A stretch of DNA of 64,000 nt from NCBI GenBank assembly GCA_039027815.1, contig JBCCJK010000003.1, positions 11,603 through 75,602 of the forward strand, read 5' to 3'. Shown one piece after another: positions 61,585 through 64,000 of this stretch. A program made the translations under genes and the position numbers. The notes under the pieces were generated by a model. It was not told the origin of the DNA and searched no databases. It saw only the letters and a list, made by a program, of their open reading frames with translations. How positions within the stretch are numbered: the stretch's first letter is position 1; each line of letters starts with the position of its first letter. The stretch comes from Verrucomicrobiota bacterium (GTDB lineage Bacteria > Verrucomicrobiota > Verrucomicrobiia > Verrucomicrobiales > JBCCJK01).

Positions 61585-62811
61585 TTGGCTCTCATCGTCC
61601 AAAAATTCGGCGGCACCTCCGTCGGCTCCGCTGAAAGAATTCGCAACGTCGCGGCCCGCATCCTCGCCACCCAGCAGGAGGGGCATCAAGTGGTGGCGGT
61701 CGTTTCGGCCATGGGCGGCGTGACCAATCGACTGGTCGAACTGGCCCATGAGGTCTCCTCTCACCCGCTCGAGAAGGAAATGGACGTCTTGCTTTCGACG
61801 GGCGAGCAGCAGACCATCGCCCTCACCAGCATGGCCATCGCCGCGCTCGGCGGCCAAGCCGTTTCCTACACCGGGAGGCAGGCGGGCATTCTCACCACAA
61901 GCGCCCACACCCGGGCCCGCATCGAGGACATCGATGGATCGGCCGTCCAGAGCGAGCTCGAGGCCGGGAAGATCGTCATCCTGGCCGGTTTCCAGGGACT
62001 GGATCGCGAAGGCCGCATCACCACCCTGGGGCGCGGGGGCTCGGACTTGACCGCCATCGCCATGGCGGCCGCCCTCCAAGCAGATCGTTGCCAGATCTTC
62101 ACCGACGTCGAGGGCGTCTTCACCTGCGATCCCCGCCTCGTGAAAGACGCTCGCAAGCTGGACGAAATCGCCTACGATGAAATGCTGGAAATGGCCAGTT
62201 CCGGCACGAAAGTCATGCAGAGCCGATCCGTGGAATTCGCCCAAAAATATGGCGTGCCCTTTGAAGTCCGCTCCAGCCTGGCCGACCGGCCCGGCACCCT
62301 TGTCACCGAAGAACACCCCAACATGGAACAAGTCGTCATCCGCGGAATCAGCATTGAAAAGGACCAAGCCAATGTCGTCATCCGCGAAGTCCCCGATACC
62401 CCCGGCAGCGCCGGCAGCATCTTCCGCGCTCTGGCCGAGGCTGATGTCAACGTGGACATGATCATCCAAAACGTCAGCAACGTCGGGAAAGCGCGCATCT
62501 CCTTCACCTTGCCCCAAAACGATCTCGAACGAGCCCGAGAGGTCATGGCGCCCCTCTTGGAAAATCAGCTCCAAGGGGCCCATCTCGAGGCCGAACTCGG
62601 GATCGCCAAACTGAGCGCGGTCGGCATCGGCATGCGCTCCCACAGCGGCGTGGCCGCCAAAATGTTCGGGGCGCTCAGCGATGCCGGCATCAACATCCAA
62701 ATGATTTCCACCTCCGAGATCAAAATCGCCGTCATCGTGAACCAAGCCCGCATCGAAGAAGCCGCTCACGTGGTCCACCAGGCCTTCGATCTCCACAAAG
62801 AGCCCGCCTAA
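61585..62811 (+). CDS. lysC: aspartate kinase with tandem ACT domains; TTG start proposed
   Basis: (M)ALIVQKFGGTSV canonical N-terminus beginning at TTG 61585, in frame with the ORF in the track. The upstream part of that ORF has no aspartokinase similarity. Confidence 0.85.
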   Translation: MALIVQKFGGTSVGSAERIRNVAARILATQQEGHQVVAVVSAMGGVTNRLVELAHEVSSHPLEKEMDVLLSTGEQQTIALTSMAIAALGGQAVSYTGRQAGILTTSAHTRARIEDIDGSAVQSELEAGKIVILAGFQGLDREGRITTLGRGGSDLTAIAMAAALQADRCQIFTDVEGVFTCDPRLVKDARKLDEIAYDEMLEMASSGTKVMQSRSVEFAQKYGVPFEVRSSLADRPGTLVTEEHPNMEQVVIRGISIEKDQANVVIREVPDTPGSAGSIFRALAEADVNVDMIIQNVSNVGKARISFTLPQNDLERAREVMAPLLENQLQGAHLEAELGIAKLSAVGIGMRSHSGVAAKMFGALSDAGINIQMISTSEIKIAVIVNQARIEEAAHVVHQAFDLHKEPA

Positions 62812-62908
62812 AAGGCCTCGGATTTGCTACCGTCTTGACCCTGAGGGTCCGATTCACTCCCCGCCCTCTGCCCCGAGAAAGGAACTTTCACCCACCCGCT
62901 CCCCTCGC

Positions 62909-63889
62909 ATGGTCCGAATCGCCCGCCTCACCCTCCTGGCTGCCCTGCTGGCTCTTGTCACCAGTTGCCAGCCGACCGCTGGGACCGCTTCCGAGCCCCC
63001 GGAATCCGAAAAATCCACCATCCTCCGAGCCCAGATTTTCCTGGATGAAGCGGGCTTTGGCCCGGGCATCCTCGATGGCAAGGTGGGCGACTTCACGCGC
63101 AAGGCCCTCGCTCACTGGAATCTCGCCCAGGGCCATTTCGATCAACCTGGCAACTGGTTTTATGTCCTGCGAGAATCGCAGAAAGCCGTCCCGCAGCTCA
63201 CCACCACCTACACCATCCAGCCAAGCGACCAACGCTTCCTCACGCCAGGCTTGCCCTACGCCCCGGAAGACCAGGCCAAAAGCAAATACATGGGCTACCG
63301 CAATATGCTGGAACTGGTGGCCGAGCGCTATCACAGCAAAACCAGCCTCCTGCGCGGCCTCAATCCTGACAAAAAAATGTGGAGCCTCAGCGTGGGCGAC
63401 ACCGTGAATGTCCCCAACGTCACCCCCTTCGAAATCGCCTCCATCCCGAAAAACTACCAGTTCCCGAAAGACCCCGTCTTAAGCAACCGCAAAGCCATCG
63501 TCGACACCAGCGAGCGTTGGATGACCATCTATGAAACCGATGGCAGCCTCCTGGCCGCCTTCCCCATCACACCGGGCCGACCGGAAGTCATTCGCCGGGG
63601 GGATTGGAAAGTCGTCATTCAAATCACCACCCCCACCTTCCGCTACGACAAGCAAATGCTGGCTGAAGGAACCCGCAGTGACGAATACTACAAACTTCCG
63701 CCCGGGCCGAACAGCCCCGTAGGCATCATCTGGACGGGCACCAACCGCAGCGGGATCGGACTGCACGGCACCTCCGAGCCCGACATCATCGGCCGCTCCC
63801 GCTCATCGGGCTGTGTCCGACTCGCGAACTGGGATGCCTGGCGCCTCCGCACCTACCTCCGGCCAGGAGCGCAGGTCACGATTCGTTGA
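62909..63889 (+). CDS. L,D-transpeptidase (YkuD) lipoprotein with N-terminal peptidoglycan-binding-like domain
   Basis: Lipobox LVTSCQ. Catalytic GLHGTSEPDIIGRSRSSGCVRL. Confidence 0.8.
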   Translation: MVRIARLTLLAALLALVTSCQPTAGTASEPPESEKSTILRAQIFLDEAGFGPGILDGKVGDFTRKALAHWNLAQGHFDQPGNWFYVLRESQKAVPQLTTTYTIQPSDQRFLTPGLPYAPEDQAKSKYMGYRNMLELVAERYHSKTSLLRGLNPDKKMWSLSVGDTVNVPNVTPFEIASIPKNYQFPKDPVLSNRKAIVDTSERWMTIYETDGSLLAAFPITPGRPEVIRRGDWKVVIQITTPTFRYDKQMLAEGTRSDEYYKLPPGPNSPVGIIWTGTNRSGIGLHGTSEPDIIGRSRSSGCVRLANWDAWRLRTYLRPGAQVTIR

Positions 63890-63938
63890 AACCGACCCAC
63901 TGAAAGAAAGCACGGAAGGGCCGCGCCAAGTTTCCGCT

Positions 63939-63965
63939 ATACCAAGCTGCAGAATTGGCTGGTAT
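63939..63965 (+). repeat. 27-bp remnant or solo end of the 206-bp element
   Basis: ATACCAAGCTGCAGAATTGGCTGGTAT equals the first 26 nt of the left TIR plus T. Downstream sequence is unrelated to the element core. Confidence 0.7.
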
Positions 63966-64000
63966 GAGAGGTCAGCCGCGCTCGCGACCCGGGCCCCCGT

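Overview
High-G+C bacterial chromosome segment. Some gene content, such as a SET-domain protein, suggests a Verrucomicrobia/PVC-like organism, but that taxon guess is inference only. Contents from left to right:
- 1-1009: tail of an mrp/mnh cation:proton antiporter operon (subunits D' E F G).
- 1084-2520: an eRF1-like (baeRF-type) protein and a small wHTH regulator.
- 2521-25412: a ~23-kb nucleobase-catabolism supercluster. The purine route has guanine deaminase, adenosine deaminase, fused XdhAB, XdhC, uricase, HIU hydrolase, OHCU decarboxylase, allantoinase, two M20 amidohydrolases and ureidoglycine aminohydrolase. The reductive pyrimidine route has an Fcy1-type cytosine deaminase, a PreA-like dihydropyrimidine dehydrogenase, dihydropyrimidinase, beta-ureidopropionase, an AGXT2-like transaminase and MmsA. 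An NCS2 permease and a tandem-LOG nucleosidase candidate are also present.
- ~25.7-33.6 kb: a ~8-kb defence island. It holds a disrupted four-helix-bundle gene, hsdR, a fused hsdM-hsdS, an uncharacterised protein with a HEPN-type Rx4H motif, a frameshifted mrr and a duplicated gene tail. A 153-bp long inverted repeat lies at its right edge.
- 33.9-44.9 kb: envelope genes (PAP2 phosphatase, EEP-family protein), a SET-domain methyltransferase with a lysine-rich histone-H1-like tail, an LMW tyrosine phosphatase, PBP1A plus a zinc-ribbon membrane protein, and tRNA-Leu(UAG).
- 44.9-49.2 kb: a MarR-controlled quinone-detoxification-like module (fused ring-cleaving dioxygenase-esterase, DoxX), then a rhodanese-YceI fusion and a YceI paralogue.
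- 49.6-64 kb: a PAS histidine kinase with a receiver protein, a flavin reductase, an LpxR-like protein, hom, a DM13 protein, thrC, a metallophosphoesterase, monomeric icd, lysC and an L,D-transpeptidase.

A 206-bp element bounded by terminal inverted repeats occurs four times, plus one 27-bp remnant. No rRNA, CRISPR array, integrase or transposase was seen.

Most interesting, in my judgement:
- the hsd-embedded HEPN-motif gene and the cassette structure around mrr
- the MITE-like repeat family
- the SET-H1-tail fusion
- the merged purine and pyrimidine catabolic operon

All functional calls rest on motif and family recognition by eye. No database search was run.
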